This document shows, piece after piece, positions 8,993 to 20,959 of a DNA stretch of 64,000 nucleotides (its first letter is position 1; every line of letters starts with the position of its first letter). Made by a program: the position numbers and the translations under genes. The notes under the pieces are model-generated. The model was not told where the DNA came from, searched no databases, and worked only from the letters and a program-made list of their open reading frames with translations. The DNA is taken from contig JBDHDE010000007.1 of assembly GCA_039591655.1 (NCBI GenBank), positions 1 to 64,000 on the forward strand, in the 5' to 3' direction. This DNA comes from Gemmatimonadota bacterium. GTDB lineage: Bacteria; Gemmatimonadota; Gemmatimonadetes; Gemmatimonadales; GWC2-71-9.

Positions 8993-10161
8993 CGCGTCGC
9001 GCCCGCCGCGCGGCGTTGGTCGTGCTGGATGGGGTGGGGATCGGAGAGGCCCCCGATGCCGCCGCCTACGGCGATGCAGGGAGCGACACCCTCGGCAACG
9101 TGGCACGGACGGTGGGCGGCCTCGAGCTGCCGTTCCTCGACTCCCTGGGTCTCGGGTGTTGCCGGCCCCTGGAAGGGATGAGGTGCGAGGCGCCGACGGC
9201 GGCGCACGGGGTCGCCGTGCCGCGCTCGGCGGGGAAGGACAGCACCGCGGGTCACTGGGAGATCTGCGGCGTGCTGCTGGAGCGGCCGTTTCCCACCTTC
9301 CCCGGCGGGTTTCCCGACGAGGTGTTGGAGGCCTTCAGTGCGGCAACCGGTCGCGGGGTGCTGGGAAACAAGTCCGCTTCGGGCACCGCGATCATCGAGG
9401 AGTACGGTCGCGAGCACCGGGAGGGGGGCGATTGGATCCTCTACACGTCGGTCGACAGCGTCTTCCAGATCGCGGCGCACGAAGAGGTGGTGCCGCTGGA
9501 GGAGCTGTATACGGCGTGCCGCGTCGCGCGGGAGGAGGTGCTGGTCGGTGCGTACGCCCTGTCCCGGGTCATCGCCAGGCCCTTCGTGGGGGAGCCGGGG
9601 CACTACCGCCGCACGGCCAACCGGCGGGACTTTTCCCTGCCGCCGCCGGGGGACAGCCTGTTGGACCGGTTGGCTGGGGCCGGGATCCCACGAGCCGGTG
9701 TCGGCAAGGTGGACGACCTGTTCGCGGGACGCAGCATCACCAGCCGGCACACCGGCAGCAACTTGGAGGCGCTGCGGCTCGTGGGCGAGGCCCTCGACGG
9801 GCTGGATCGCGGCCTCGTGTTCGCCAACGTGATCGAGTTCGACCAGGAGTGGGGGCACCGCAACGACGTTGCGGGGTTCCATAGAGGGCTCGTGGAGCTC
9901 GACGGTGCGCTGCCGGAACTGGTGGCGCGGCTCGAGGACGAGGATCTCCTGATCCTCACCGCCGACCATGGGAACGATCCCACCACGCCGTCCACCGACC
10001 ACTCCCGGGAGGTCGTTCCGGTCCTGGCAGTGGGCCCCCGGGTGCGGCCGGTGCCTCTGGGTACCCGCTCGACATTCGCGGACGTCGGCGCGACGGTTGC
10101 TGAGTATCTTGGTGTGGAGCTGGATGTGGGGACGTCATTCCTGTCTCAGGTGATATCGTGA
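8989..10161 (+). CDS. deoB: Phosphopentomutase
   Basis: LDGVGIG, GKDSTAGHWE, RVIARPF, GHRND, TADHGNDP, TDHSRE. Confidence 0.95.
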   Translation: MTRRARRAALVVLDGVGIGEAPDAAAYGDAGSDTLGNVARTVGGLELPFLDSLGLGCCRPLEGMRCEAPTAAHGVAVPRSAGKDSTAGHWEICGVLLERPFPTFPGGFPDEVLEAFSAATGRGVLGNKSASGTAIIEEYGREHREGGDWILYTSVDSVFQIAAHEEVVPLEELYTACRVAREEVLVGAYALSRVIARPFVGEPGHYRRTANRRDFSLPPPGDSLLDRLAGAGIPRAGVGKVDDLFAGRSITSRHTGSNLEALRLVGEALDGLDRGLVFANVIEFDQEWGHRNDVAGFHRGLVELDGALPELVARLEDEDLLILTADHGNDPTTPSTDHSREVVPVLAVGPRVRPVPLGTRSTFADVGATVAEYLGVELDVGTSFLSQVIS

Positions 10162-10547
10162 ACGATCGGCTGGTGGATGCGGCCCGGGCCGCGCAGGCGC
10201 AGGCGTATGCTCCGTACAGCGGCTACCGGGTAGGGGCGGCGCTGGAGACAGAAGACGGGCGCATCTTCGCCGGCGCCAACGTGGAGAGCGCCGCCTACGG
10301 AGTGAGTCTGTGTGCGGAGCGCGCGGCCCTGGGAGCGGCCGTCGCTGCCGGAGCGCGGCGGTTCCGCCGCCTCGTGGTGCTGACGGAGTCCACTCCGGCG
10401 GGATCGCCGTGCGGGGCCTGCCGCCAGGCGCTCGCCGAGTTCGGGCTCGATCTCGGGGTGGAGGCCGTTGGCCCCAATGACACTCGACGCTGGCAGCTGG
10501 GTCAGCTGTTGCCCGACTCCTTCGGGCGGGGAGACCTCGAGGCATGA
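10158..10547 (+). CDS. cdd: Cytidine deaminase
   Basis: AYAPYS, GANVESAAY, CAER and PCGACRQ zinc motifs. Confidence 0.95.
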   Translation: MNDRLVDAARAAQAQAYAPYSGYRVGAALETEDGRIFAGANVESAAYGVSLCAERAALGAAVAAGARRFRRLVVLTESTPAGSPCGACRQALAEFGLDLGVEAVGPNDTRRWQLGQLLPDSFGRGDLEA

Positions 10548-11794
10548 AGCGGTGGCGCGGCGGCACGCCGTTCACACTCCTGTGGCTCGGCCTCACGGTG
10601 GTCGTGGTATGGTCGTGCCGGGAGGACGTCACCGCGCCGGGCGTCTGCCCCGAGTACTGCCCGTCCCGCCGGGTCCAGATGATCGACAGCATCTTCCCGG
10701 GGAGCATCGTGCGGGACAGCTCCTTCAGGGGGTACGTGACAGGGTACCAGGCGGCCGCAATGCAGGTGGTCACCGAGGGCTCCCTGACGGAGAGCCGGTC
10801 GCTGATTCGCTTCTTCGCCTTCCTGGACAGCATCAACGGTGAGCCGATCGTATCCCTGGACTCGTTCCAGCTCGAACTGGAGCTGCTGCGGCGGGCCGGG
10901 ATCACCGGGCTGGAGCTGCTGGTCTATCGGCTGCCGGCCACCGTGGACACCACCACGACATTCACCGACGTGGAGCCGTATTTCCAGGACAGCACGCTGA
11001 TCGGCACCATAGCGATCCCCGACACCGTGGAGGACGGCAAGCTGTTCGCTCCCCTCCCCGCCGGCGCCTTCCCCACACTCGAGCAGGACAGCAATGTGGC
11101 TGCGGTGGGCGTCGCGTTGCGGGCCGCCGACGAGGGGTACGTAGACCTCGGTACCAGGGAGGGCCTCAAGGCGGCCGAGCTCAAGCGGTACGGCACGGTC
11201 CTCCGTGATTCGGTGATCATCATCGACTCGACGGGCACGGACACAACGATCGTCACGGACACGCTCGTGGCTGCCAGCGACGGGAGGCAGGCCGACATGG
11301 ACAGCTACGTACTCGAGGCGCTGCCCGCCGGCGATCCGGATGCCCTCCCGGTGGGCGGCTCGCCATCCGCCCGGGCGTTCCTGCGGGTCGACCTGCCGCC
11401 GCAGGTGGTGGACTCGTCGGATGTCTCCCGGGCAACGCTCATCCTGGTGCTGGCCGAGCCGGTGGCGGGTGCGCCCGGGGACACGCTGCGCTTGCGCGCC
11501 GACGGCCTGACCATAGACATCGGTGCGAAGTCGCCGTTGCTGGCCTTCCCCGACGACTCCCCGTTTGGAGCCGCGGACATCGCTGTGGGCGCGACTGATA
11601 CCGTCCGCATCGACGTCACGCACATCATAAACCCGCTGCGGGTCGATAGCCTGCTACCGGCGAGCATCGTGCTACGCATCGTGACGGAGGGCGCGGTCGT
11701 CGGGGAGCCGCGCTTCTGGTCGAGCCGCAACGCCGCCGGCGCGGCGTCCCTCCAGGTGACGTACATCCCCTTGTTCCCCACGGGGGTGCAGTGA
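10544..11794 (+). CDS. Hypothetical lipoprotein rich in D-S/T-x motifs
   Basis: Signal peptide ending VWSC, a CxxxC pair, beta-rich sequence; overlaps both neighbours by 4 nt. Confidence 0.8.
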   Translation: MKRWRGGTPFTLLWLGLTVVVVWSCREDVTAPGVCPEYCPSRRVQMIDSIFPGSIVRDSSFRGYVTGYQAAAMQVVTEGSLTESRSLIRFFAFLDSINGEPIVSLDSFQLELELLRRAGITGLELLVYRLPATVDTTTTFTDVEPYFQDSTLIGTIAIPDTVEDGKLFAPLPAGAFPTLEQDSNVAAVGVALRAADEGYVDLGTREGLKAAELKRYGTVLRDSVIIIDSTGTDTTIVTDTLVAASDGRQADMDSYVLEALPAGDPDALPVGGSPSARAFLRVDLPPQVVDSSDVSRATLILVLAEPVAGAPGDTLRLRADGLTIDIGAKSPLLAFPDDSPFGAADIAVGATDTVRIDVTHIINPLRVDSLLPASIVLRIVTEGAVVGEPRFWSSRNAAGAASLQVTYIPLFPTGVQ

Positions 11795-12918
11795 GGCGTC
11801 CAGCGGCGCTGGCCCTGCTGCTGGCCGCTCTCGCGGTGTCGGATGCGGCGGCCCAGACCTCGCTGTACGGGGTGTTGGGGGTGGGCTACCCCGGCCGGCC
11901 CAGCGGCGTGCGCTCGCGCACCATGGGCAGCGGGATCGACGGAGTGGATCCGGGCTCCGCCATGAATCCGGCGGCGATCTCGGAGATCGACCGGCTCACC
12001 GCAGCGGTGAGTTCCATAACCTCGTTCCGCTCCTTCGAGATCGAAGCGGGGGGCGGCGCGCAGGATGTCCGCGACACGCGGTTCCCCTACGCCTCTATCG
12101 CCGGGGTCATCAGCGGCACGCCCGTCACATTCGCGGCGTCATACGGCATCTACGCGGAACGCACCTTCGATCTGGTGACCGGAGACACGATCGAGCTACG
12201 GGGCGACAGCATCACCATCTTGGATCGCACGCGGTCGGACGGCGCCATCGTCGATCTCCGGGGGGCCGTAGCGTGGGATATCAGCTACGCCGTGGCCGTC
12301 GGCGCGGCGGTGCACGTCATCACGGGCTCGACGCGTGAGACCCTCACGCGCCTGTATGGCGACAGCGCCTACCTCCCGCTCGATCACAACAGCCAGGTCA
12401 AGTACTCGGGGCTGGGCTTCTCCGGCGGGATCATGTTCTACCCCATCCGATCCCTGCGCGTGGGCGCAACGTTCCGCACCGACAACCGGATCTCGCTGAC
12501 CCGGGACGGCGTTGCGGGCCCCCAAGTCGAACTCCCCATAACGGTGTCCGGCGGACTGGAGTACAGACCGGCACCCAGCCTCCGTCTGGGCGTCACCGCG
12601 GCGTGGCGCTCCTGGGGAGACGCCGACCAGGACCTCGCCGACCTCGGGGGGGTCAACGCCTTCGATACCTGGGAGGTGGGAGCGGGGCTGGAGCTTGGTA
12701 CACGCTTTCCCATCCGGCTGGGTTTCCGCTACGCCCAGTTGCCGTTCAGCCCCCTCGAGGACCAACCGCGGGAGATCGACCTTGTCGCCGGCGCGGGGCT
12801 ATTGCTGGGCGGCGGACGGGCCGCGTTCGATCTCGGCCTGGAGCGGGTAATGCGGGATGGCGGGGGGGCTAGCGAGCGTGCCTGGCAGTGGTCCCTGGGC
12901 GTCGCCATTCGGCCGTGA
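11791..12918 (+). CDS. Outer-membrane beta-barrel protein (FadL/PorV-like)
   Basis: Signal peptide (AAAQ), RS.TMG...NPAA N-terminal plug motif, alternating amphipathic strands. Confidence 0.7.
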   Translation: MRRPAALALLLAALAVSDAAAQTSLYGVLGVGYPGRPSGVRSRTMGSGIDGVDPGSAMNPAAISEIDRLTAAVSSITSFRSFEIEAGGGAQDVRDTRFPYASIAGVISGTPVTFAASYGIYAERTFDLVTGDTIELRGDSITILDRTRSDGAIVDLRGAVAWDISYAVAVGAAVHVITGSTRETLTRLYGDSAYLPLDHNSQVKYSGLGFSGGIMFYPIRSLRVGATFRTDNRISLTRDGVAGPQVELPITVSGGLEYRPAPSLRLGVTAAWRSWGDADQDLADLGGVNAFDTWEVGAGLELGTRFPIRLGFRYAQLPFSPLEDQPREIDLVAGAGLLLGGGRAAFDLGLERVMRDGGGASERAWQWSLGVAIRP

Positions 12919-14173
12919 CCCGGGTCTACCTCCACACCTTCGGCTGCAAGGCCAACCAGTACGACACCGAGGTTCTCAGACAGGCGTTGGAGGCCGCCGG
13001 CGCGGCAGTGGTGCAGCAGCCCGGGCAGGCCGACGCCGCCGTGGTGAACTCGTGCACCGTCACCCACGTGGGCGAGGCCAAGATGCGCAGCCTGGTACGC
13101 CGCCTCTCCCGCGAGAACCGGCGCGTGCAGACCATCGTCACGGGCTGCGCCGCCGCGCTGGATGACGGCACCATCGCGGCGCTTCCCAACGTGATCGGCG
13201 TACTGGGTGGCACCGATCCCGCCCGCGTGCTGGAGGCGCTGGACCTGCCCATCGGGGGAATCGATCCCGTTCTCCGGACGTTCGGTCGGGGCGCCCGGGC
13301 GTGGCTCAAGATCCAGGACGGCTGCGATGAGCACTGTACCTTCTGTGCCACGACGCTGGCCCGCGGTGCCAGCCGGTCGCGCGATCCCGCGGAGGTGATA
13401 CGCGAGGCCGAGACCCTCGCGACCGCTCACGCGGAGCTCGTGCTCACCGGTGTGCACATCGGCTCTTACGGCAGCGACCTGGGTGACGGGATCACCCTGG
13501 GCGCGCTGGTCGAGCGACTCATCACGGCGGTTCCAGAGGTGCGCTGGCGTCTGTCTTCGGTAGAGGCGACCGAGGTGGACGATCGCTTGGCGGAGCTCAT
13601 GAGCGGCGCCCCCGAGCGGCTGGCGCCGCACCTGCACGCGCCCCTCCAATCGGGGAGCGATCGGCTGCTCAAGCGCATGGGGCGGCACTGGTACACGGCG
13701 GCCACGTACCGGGGCAGCATCGAGCGTCTGGCTGAGCGCCTGCCGGCATTCGGGTTGGGGGCCGACGTGATGGTCGGGTTCCCCGGCGAGACGCCGGCGG
13801 ATCACGCCAGGACCGTGGAGCTGATCGAGGTGCTCCCGTTCACGTATCTCCACGTCTTTCCCTACTCGGAGCGTCCCGATGCCGCGGCGCGCCACCTCGG
13901 TACGCCGGTGGCGCCCGAGACGGCGGCCCAGCGTGCGGCCCAACTGCGGGAGCTGGCTGCGGCGAAGGGGGCGGCGTACCGGGCGTCGCGCGACGGTGGC
14001 CCCGCCGACGTCGTGTTGCTCCGCCGGGCGAGCGGATGGTTCGAAGGACTGACCGAGGATTACCTTTCGGTCTATCTGTCGAGCGAGCGGTCGGTGCCCA
14101 GCCGCGTCGCTGCGACGCTGTCTGGCATGGAGGACGGCACGCTGCGGGCCGAGCCCGTCGAGTCATTGGAGTC

Positions 14174-14177
<4 letters not shown>
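12915..14177 (+). CDS. mtaB: tRNA methylthiotransferase, MtaB-like radical SAM enzyme
   Basis: TFGCKANQYD, NSCTVT, VTGCAA, KIQDGCDEHCTFC, HVFPYSER. Confidence 0.85.
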
Positions 14178-15492
<1,315 letters not shown>

Positions 15493-15496
<4 letters not shown>

Positions 15497-15765
15497 GAAA
15501 CCTGATCGAAGATCTTGCCGAAGACGAGTACAAACGTCTCGTGTCGACGGTCGAGGGCTTCTGCGGCTGCGAGCAGTGCCGCGTGGATGTCCTGGTGTAT
15601 GCCCTCAACCGGGTGGCGCCGCATTACGTGGCCCAGCCCACGGGAGAGGCGCTGGCCCACGTGCGGATGCAGGCCGAGCAGCAGGTGGCCGATATCTCGG
15701 TGGTGTTGCTCGAGGGATTCCGCAAGGTGACAGCCGCACCCAGGCCGGGGCATCAGGCACGTTAG
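15493..15765 (+). CDS. ComFB-family protein
   Basis: RNLIE N-terminus and CGCEQCRVDVLVYALNRVAPHY, matching the ComFB C-x-C-x2-C-x2-D-x4-ALN-x3-P-x-Y pattern; ATGA overlap with miaB. Confidence 0.8.
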
Positions 15766-15777
15766 GGTAGGGCGGCC

Positions 15778-18078
15778 GTGGCGCCGCCCGTTACCCGACT
15801 GACCCTCGCCTACGGGGCCGGTCTCTGGACCGGCCTCACTTTTTTGCTCCCCCACGCATTGCTGTGGTGCCTGGTCCCGCCGGCCATCGCGGGGGTGCTG
15901 GGGCGGCGTTTCGCAGGGGTGCTGGTGGCGGCCTTTGCCCTGGGGACGCTCGCCGGCACGCTGCGCGCGGTGCAGCGGGAGGCGCACTGCTCGGCTGTCT
16001 GGCGACCGGGCGCGCAGGCGGCGACCCTGCGGCTGCACGACGCAGCGGGACCCCGAGGCACCACGACAGCCGACGTGCGCCACGCCGCCGAGGGTTGCCG
16101 GGGCACCCTCCGGCTGCGCCTCGGTGAGTTGCGGCCGCCTGCGGGTGCCCGGGTTGTGGCGGTGGGGGCCTACCGCCCCGGAGGCGTGCTTCGGGTCGCG
16201 CACCTCAGGGTGCTCGAGGCCCCGCGGGGCTGGCGCTATCCCATGCGGGAGGCTCTGGCCCGTCGGCTGCGAGGGCTGTACGGCAGGCGGGCCGGGTTGG
16301 TGGAGGCCATGGTGATCGGGCGGCGCGAGGACCTGCCGCCGTCGCTGCGCAATACGTTCGCCGCCGCGGGCCTGGCACATCTCTTGGCCATCTCGGGGCT
16401 CCACGTGGGGCTGCTGGCCGGGTGGCTGGTACTGCTGCTCCGGCGGGTGGCGTCCCCCGGGAAGGCGTGGGTGCTGAGCGCTGCGGCGAGCTGGGGCTAC
16501 GTCGCCCTGCTGGGCTTTCCCGCCCCGGCGACCCGGGCTGCTGGCTTTCTCACGCTCCACGCCGCCGCGCGGCTCAGGCAGCGTCACCCGCCACGCTCGG
16601 CGGTGCTGGCCGTCGCGGTGTTCGCCGTGATGCTGATCGAGCCCGCCGCCGTGACGGCCGTGGGAGCGTGGCTCTCTGTTGCGGCGGTGTGGGGGACGGG
16701 CGCGGCCGCCGCGTGGCTCCCGGCGGCGCGGCGGCGCCACCCCGCCTGGCGTCTGGCTGCCGCCTCTGCCGGCGCCACACTCGCCACAGCTCCCATTACC
16801 GCATTCGCCTTCGGGACGGTGGCCCCCGCCGGGGTGGCTGCCAACCTGGTGGCCGTCCCCCTCGCGGGGGTGGCCGTCCCAGGGGTCATCGCAAGTCTCG
16901 CGGCCGGCGAGCTGGTGGCCGGCGGCGCAGGCTTGGTGCTGGCTGCCATCGAGCGCGTGGCGGGGGCAGCGGCGGCGCTCCCGCTGGGAAACGTCACGGG
17001 GAGGTCGGGACTGGGGTTCGCCGTGCCGTGGACGGCTCTCTCGGTCGCCGTCTTCTGGGCGGCGGGCAGGCGCGGACGCCCCCGGAGCCTGGTGCGACGG
17101 CTCCCGGCACTCGCCGCCACCGCGAGCTGGCTGTTGGTGGCGCTGGCGGCGGCCGACCGCCGTGACGGGGAGGGGAGCCTCACGCTTCACGTGCTCGACG
17201 TGGGTCAGGGAGACGCCATCGCCATGCGCACCCCCAGGGGCCGCTGGGTCCTGGTGGACGCAGGGCCCAGGAGCGCCGCCGGCGACGCCGGACGCGCCGT
17301 GGTGGTCCCGTTCTTGAGGCGCCAGGGAGTGCAGCGACTCGCGGTGTTGGTCGTGTCCCACGGGGACGCCGACCACCTCGGCGGCGCACCGGCGGTGCTG
17401 CGACAACTCGATCCGGAGCTGGTGCTGGAGCCGGGGCAGCCCCTGGGCACCCGGCTATACCTGGAGTACCTCGCCGCCCTCGACGCCGGCGGCGTGCCGT
17501 GGCGGGCGGCCCGGGCCGGTGACACGCTGGTGATCGACTCGGTGGTGGTAGCCGTGCTGCATCCGACGGCCCGTTGGCTGGAGCGCCGGGTAGAGCCCAA
17601 CGAGAACTCGGTGGTGCTGCGTGTCTCATACGGTTGCTTCGATGCAGTGCTGACGGGCGATATCGGTGAGCCCGCGGAGCGCGTGCTGCTCCAGAGCGTG
17701 GGCCAGTCGGAGGTGCTCAAGGTGGGGCACCACGGGTCGGCCGGGAGCACCACCCCCGAGTGGCTGGATGCCGTGGCGCCGGCGGCGGCGGTGATCAGCG
17801 TGGGACGCAACGCGTACGGGCACCCAGCGGCCACCGTGCTCCGGAGGCTGGCGGGGCGCGGCACCGCGGTGTGGCGCACGGACCGCGGCGGCGCGGTAAC
17901 CATCGAAACGGACGGGCGCTATCTTACGATCATACAGGGGCAGGCCACGACGCTTTGGGAGGGGATACGGTGCCGGATTCGTCAATTGTCACGATTGAGC
18001 GGTTCATTCTCGAGCAGGAGCGGCTGCACCCGGAGGCCACCGGTGAGCTTACCCAGCTGCTCTACGACATCGCGCTAG
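15778..18078 (+). CDS. comEC: DNA uptake competence protein ComEC/Rec2
   Basis: [14 protein letters not shown] competence domain; [17 protein letters not shown] and KVGHHGS metallo-beta-lactamase motifs. Confidence 0.93.
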   Translation: MAPPVTRLTLAYGAGLWTGLTFLLPHALLWCLVPPAIAGVLGRRFAGVLVAAFALGTLAGTLRAVQREAHCSAVWRPGAQAATLRLHDAAGPRGTTTADVRHAAEGCRGTLRLRLGELRPPAGARVVAVGAYRPGGVLRVAHLRVLEAPRGWRYPMREALARRLRGLYGRRAGLVEAMVIGRREDLPPSLRNTFAAAGLAHLLAISGLHVGLLAGWLVLLLRRVASPGKAWVLSAAASWGYVALLGFPAPATRAAGFLTLHAAARLRQRHPPRSAVLAVAVFAVMLIEPAAVTAVGAWLSVAAVWGTGAAAAWLPAARRRHPAWRLAAASAGATLATAPITAFAFGTVAPAGVAANLVAVPLAGVAVPGVIASLAAGELVAGGAGLVLAAIERVAGAAAALPLGNVTGRSGLGFAVPWTALSVAVFWAAGRRGRPRSLVRRLPALAATASWLLVALAAADRRDGEGSLTLHVLDVGQGDAIAMRTPRGRWVLVDAGPRSAAGDAGRAVVVPFLRRQGVQRLAVLVVSHGDADHLGGAPAVLRQLDPELVLEPGQPLGTRLYLEYLAALDAGGVPWRAARAGDTLVIDSVVVAVLHPTARWLERRVEPNENSVVLRVSYGCFDAVLTGDIGEPAERVLLQSVGQSEVLKVGHHGSAGSTTPEWLDAVAPAAAVISVGRNAYGHPAATVLRRLAGRGTAVWRTDRGGAVTIETDGRYLTIIQGQATTLWEGIRCRIRQLSRLSGSFSSRSGCTRRPPVSLPSCSTTSR

Positions 18079-18989
18079 CGTCCAAGGTCATCTCGGGGTA
18101 CGTGCGGCGCGCCGGGCTGGTGGATGTGCTGGGCGCATACGGGCGCACCAACATCCAGGGGGAAGAGCAGCAGAAGCTGGACGTGATCGCCAACGAGACC
18201 ATGAAGCAGGCGTTCATGCACACGGGCAGGGTGTGCGTGATGGCCTCGGAGGAGGACCCCGACCCCCTTCCCATTCCCGAGGAATTCAACCCCGGGAAGT
18301 ACGTGTTGCTGCACGATCCCCTCGACGGCTCCTCCAACATTGACGTCAACGTCTCCATCGGCACCATCTTCTCCGTGCACACCAGGGTCACCAAGTCCGG
18401 GCCGGGAACGCTCCAGGACTGCCTCCAGCAGGGGCGGAACCAGGTGGCGGCGGGCTACGTCATCCATGGCTCGAGCACCGTGCTCGTGTACACGGTGGGC
18501 CGCGGCGTGCACCTCTTCACCCTCGATCCGACGATCGGCGAATTCCGCCTGGTTAATCACGACATCAAGACCCCGGCGGTGGGGAAGTACTACAGCATCA
18601 ACGAGAGCTACTACCGGCGGTGGACCGAGGGGTACCGCCGCGTGGTGCAGGCCTTCAAGGGCGTCGAAGACACGGAGCACCGCAAGAATGCCCGCTACAT
18701 CGGATCCCTGGTGGCCGACTTCCACCGCAACCTGCTTTCCGGCGGCGTGTTCATGTACCCCGCCGACTCCAAGGCCCCCCAAGGCAAGCTGCGCTTGCTC
18801 TACGAGGCGTGCCCGCTGGCCTTCATCGCCAATCAGGCGGGTGGCGCGGCCTCCAACGGGGTGACCCCCATCCTGGACATCAAGCCCACCGAGCTGCACC
18901 AACGCACGCCGCTCCTGATCGGCAGCAAGGAGGACGTGGCGTTCGTCGAGCAGACTGTGGCCGAGGTCGACGCCGCGGCGGCTTCGTGA
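17970..18989 (+). CDS. fbp: Class 1 fructose-1,6-bisphosphatase
   Basis: [51 protein letters not shown] start 17970 after GGAGGGG, inside the comEC 3' end. Confidence 0.95.
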   Translation: MPDSSIVTIERFILEQERLHPEATGELTQLLYDIALASKVISGYVRRAGLVDVLGAYGRTNIQGEEQQKLDVIANETMKQAFMHTGRVCVMASEEDPDPLPIPEEFNPGKYVLLHDPLDGSSNIDVNVSIGTIFSVHTRVTKSGPGTLQDCLQQGRNQVAAGYVIHGSSTVLVYTVGRGVHLFTLDPTIGEFRLVNHDIKTPAVGKYYSINESYYRRWTEGYRRVVQAFKGVEDTEHRKNARYIGSLVADFHRNLLSGGVFMYPADSKAPQGKLRLLYEACPLAFIANQAGGAASNGVTPILDIKPTELHQRTPLLIGSKEDVAFVEQTVAEVDAAAAS

Positions 18990-20548
18990 GCGACGAGCGG
19001 CGCACGCCCGCGGGGCTCCCGGTGGACGCGGTCTACGGGCCCGACGGCTCCGTGACCCGCGACGAAACACCTGGATCGTTTCCCTTCACCCGCGGTATCC
19101 ACCCTTCCATGTACCGCGGCCGGCTCTGGACCATGCGCCAGTACGCCGGATTCGGCACCGCGGAGGAAACCAACGGGCGCTTCCGGGAGCTGCTGGCGGC
19201 GGGGCAGACCGGCCTCTCCGTGGCGTTCGATCTCCCCACGCAGATGGGCCACGATTCAGACACCGCCGTGGCGGAGGGTGAAGTGGGGCGCGCCGGGGTC
19301 GCCATCGACACCGTGGACGACCTGGCCCGGGTCTTCGAGGGGATTCCCCTGGAGGAGGTCTCCACCTCCATGACCATCAACGCCACGGCCGCCGTGTTGC
19401 TGGCGATGTACGTGGTGGTGGCGGAGGAGCGGGGTGGCTCCCGCACCAAGCTCCGCGGCACGGTGCAGAACGACATCCTGAAGGAGTACGTGGCGCGGGG
19501 GACGTACATCTTCCCCGTGCAGCCGTCGCTGCGCCTCGTCACCGACGTGCTGCAGTTCGTGGCGGCCGAAGAGATGCCGTTCAACCCCATCTCCATCAGC
19601 GGTTACCACATGCGGGAGGCGGGGGCCACCGCGGTGCAGGAGGTTGCCTTCACCTTCGCCGCCGGACTGGAGTACCTGGACCGCGCCGTAGCGGCGGGGC
19701 TGGACATAGAGCAGGTCGCGCCGCGGGTGTCGTTCTTCTTCGCCGCACACAACGACCTGTTCGAGGAGGTGGCGAAGTTCCGCTCCGCGCGGCGCCTGTG
19801 GGCGACCCTGGTCAGGGAGCGCTACGGGGGGAGCGATCAGAGCTGCCGCCTGCGATTCCACACCCAGACCGGCGGGTCCACGCTCACCGCACAGCAGCCG
19901 CTGAACAACGTGGTGCGGGTGGCGGTGCAAGCCCTTGCCGCGACCCTGGGAGGCACCCAGTCGCTCCACACCAACAGCTTCGATGAGGCACTCTCGCTGC
20001 CCAGCCCCGAGGCCGCCCACCTCGCGCTGCGCACCCAGCAGATCCTGGCTCACGAGTCCGGTACGGCGCAGACAGTCGATCCGTTGGGGGGCTCCTACTA
20101 TGTAGAGGATCTCACGGACCGTCTGGAAGCAGCCGCCCGGCAGCTGCTGGACGAGATCGCCGACGGGGGTGGTGCGGCCCGGGCCGTGGAGCGCGGTGAC
20201 CTGCAGGACGCCATCGCGCGCTCGGCCTACGAGTACCAGCGGGCGGTAGAGGCCGGCGACGTGGTGGTGGTGGGGGTAAACCGGTTCACCGAGGGGGGCG
20301 AGCTACCGCCGATCGCAGAGCCCGACTACTCGGCCCTGGCGGCCCAGCAGGTGGAGCGGGTGCGGCGGGCCCGGGAGGTGCGGGAGGAGGGTGCCTGGCG
20401 TGGGGCCTTGGACTCTTTGGCGCAGGCGGCGCGGGGCGAGGCGCCCCTCATGCCGCCCATCATCGCAGCGGTCAGGGCCCGGGCCACCGTGGGTGAGATC
20501 GCCAACACCCTGCGGGAGGTGTGGGGGAGCTTTCGGTTGCGGCACTGA
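18986..20548 (+). CDS. Methylmalonyl-CoA mutase, substrate-binding subunit (split type, no B12-binding domain)
   Basis: [56 protein letters not shown]; no DxHxxG domain. Confidence 0.9.
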   Translation: MSDERRTPAGLPVDAVYGPDGSVTRDETPGSFPFTRGIHPSMYRGRLWTMRQYAGFGTAEETNGRFRELLAAGQTGLSVAFDLPTQMGHDSDTAVAEGEVGRAGVAIDTVDDLARVFEGIPLEEVSTSMTINATAAVLLAMYVVVAEERGGSRTKLRGTVQNDILKEYVARGTYIFPVQPSLRLVTDVLQFVAAEEMPFNPISISGYHMREAGATAVQEVAFTFAAGLEYLDRAVAAGLDIEQVAPRVSFFFAAHNDLFEEVAKFRSARRLWATLVRERYGGSDQSCRLRFHTQTGGSTLTAQQPLNNVVRVAVQALAATLGGTQSLHTNSFDEALSLPSPEAAHLALRTQQILAHESGTAQTVDPLGGSYYVEDLTDRLEAAARQLLDEIADGGGAARAVERGDLQDAIARSAYEYQRAVEAGDVVVVGVNRFTEGGELPPIAEPDYSALAAQQVERVRRAREVREEGAWRGALDSLAQAARGEAPLMPPIIAAVRARATVGEIANTLREVWGSFRLRH

Positions 20549-20603
20549 GCCAGAGGCCAAGTCGAGCGGGGTTGCAGTTGGGGTGCCGATTCCCCCCACC
20601 CGC

Positions 20604-20632
20604 TTGACCTCGGCCCCGGCCCCCCTTAAGTT
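20604..20632 (+). promoter_or_regulatory. Sigma70-type promoter ahead of the FmdB-argS gene run
   Basis: TTGACC (20604-20609), 17 nt, TAAGTT (20627-20632). Confidence 0.55.
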
Positions 20633-20665
20633 CCGTATCCTGTTGTAAATACTGGACTTGCGAGC

Positions 20666-20959
20666 ATGCCGACGTACGGCTACCGCTGCCCCGAATGCGG
20701 CCACGAGTACGAGGCGTTTCAGAAGATCACGGACGCTACGCGGGCGAAGTGCACCAGTTGTGGCACCCCGGGCGAGCGGGTGATCACCGGGGGGGCTGGC
20801 ATCCATTTCAAGGGCTCCGGCTTCTACGTCACCGACTACGGGCGCGGGGGGAAGAGGCCCGCGGCCGAGGAGGCCCCGGGGAAGAAGAAAGGCAAGAAGG
20901 AGGCGGGGGCCGTGCCGGATACCTCCAAGACCCCCAAGAAAAAGGGAGCCAAGTCCTGA
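20666..20959 (+). CDS. FmdB-family zinc-ribbon protein
   Basis: MPTYGYRCPECGH...CTSCG, FKGSGFYVTDY, Lys-rich tail. Confidence 0.9.
   Translation: MPTYGYRCPECGHEYEAFQKITDATRAKCTSCGTPGERVITGGAGIHFKGSGFYVTDYGRGGKRPAAEEAPGKKKGKKEAGAVPDTSKTPKKKGAKS

Noticed and set aside
20695..20955. Long N-terminal extension of ArgS from ATG 20695
   Set aside because: Lies within the FmdB gene in another frame, is low-complexity and is unlike ArgS
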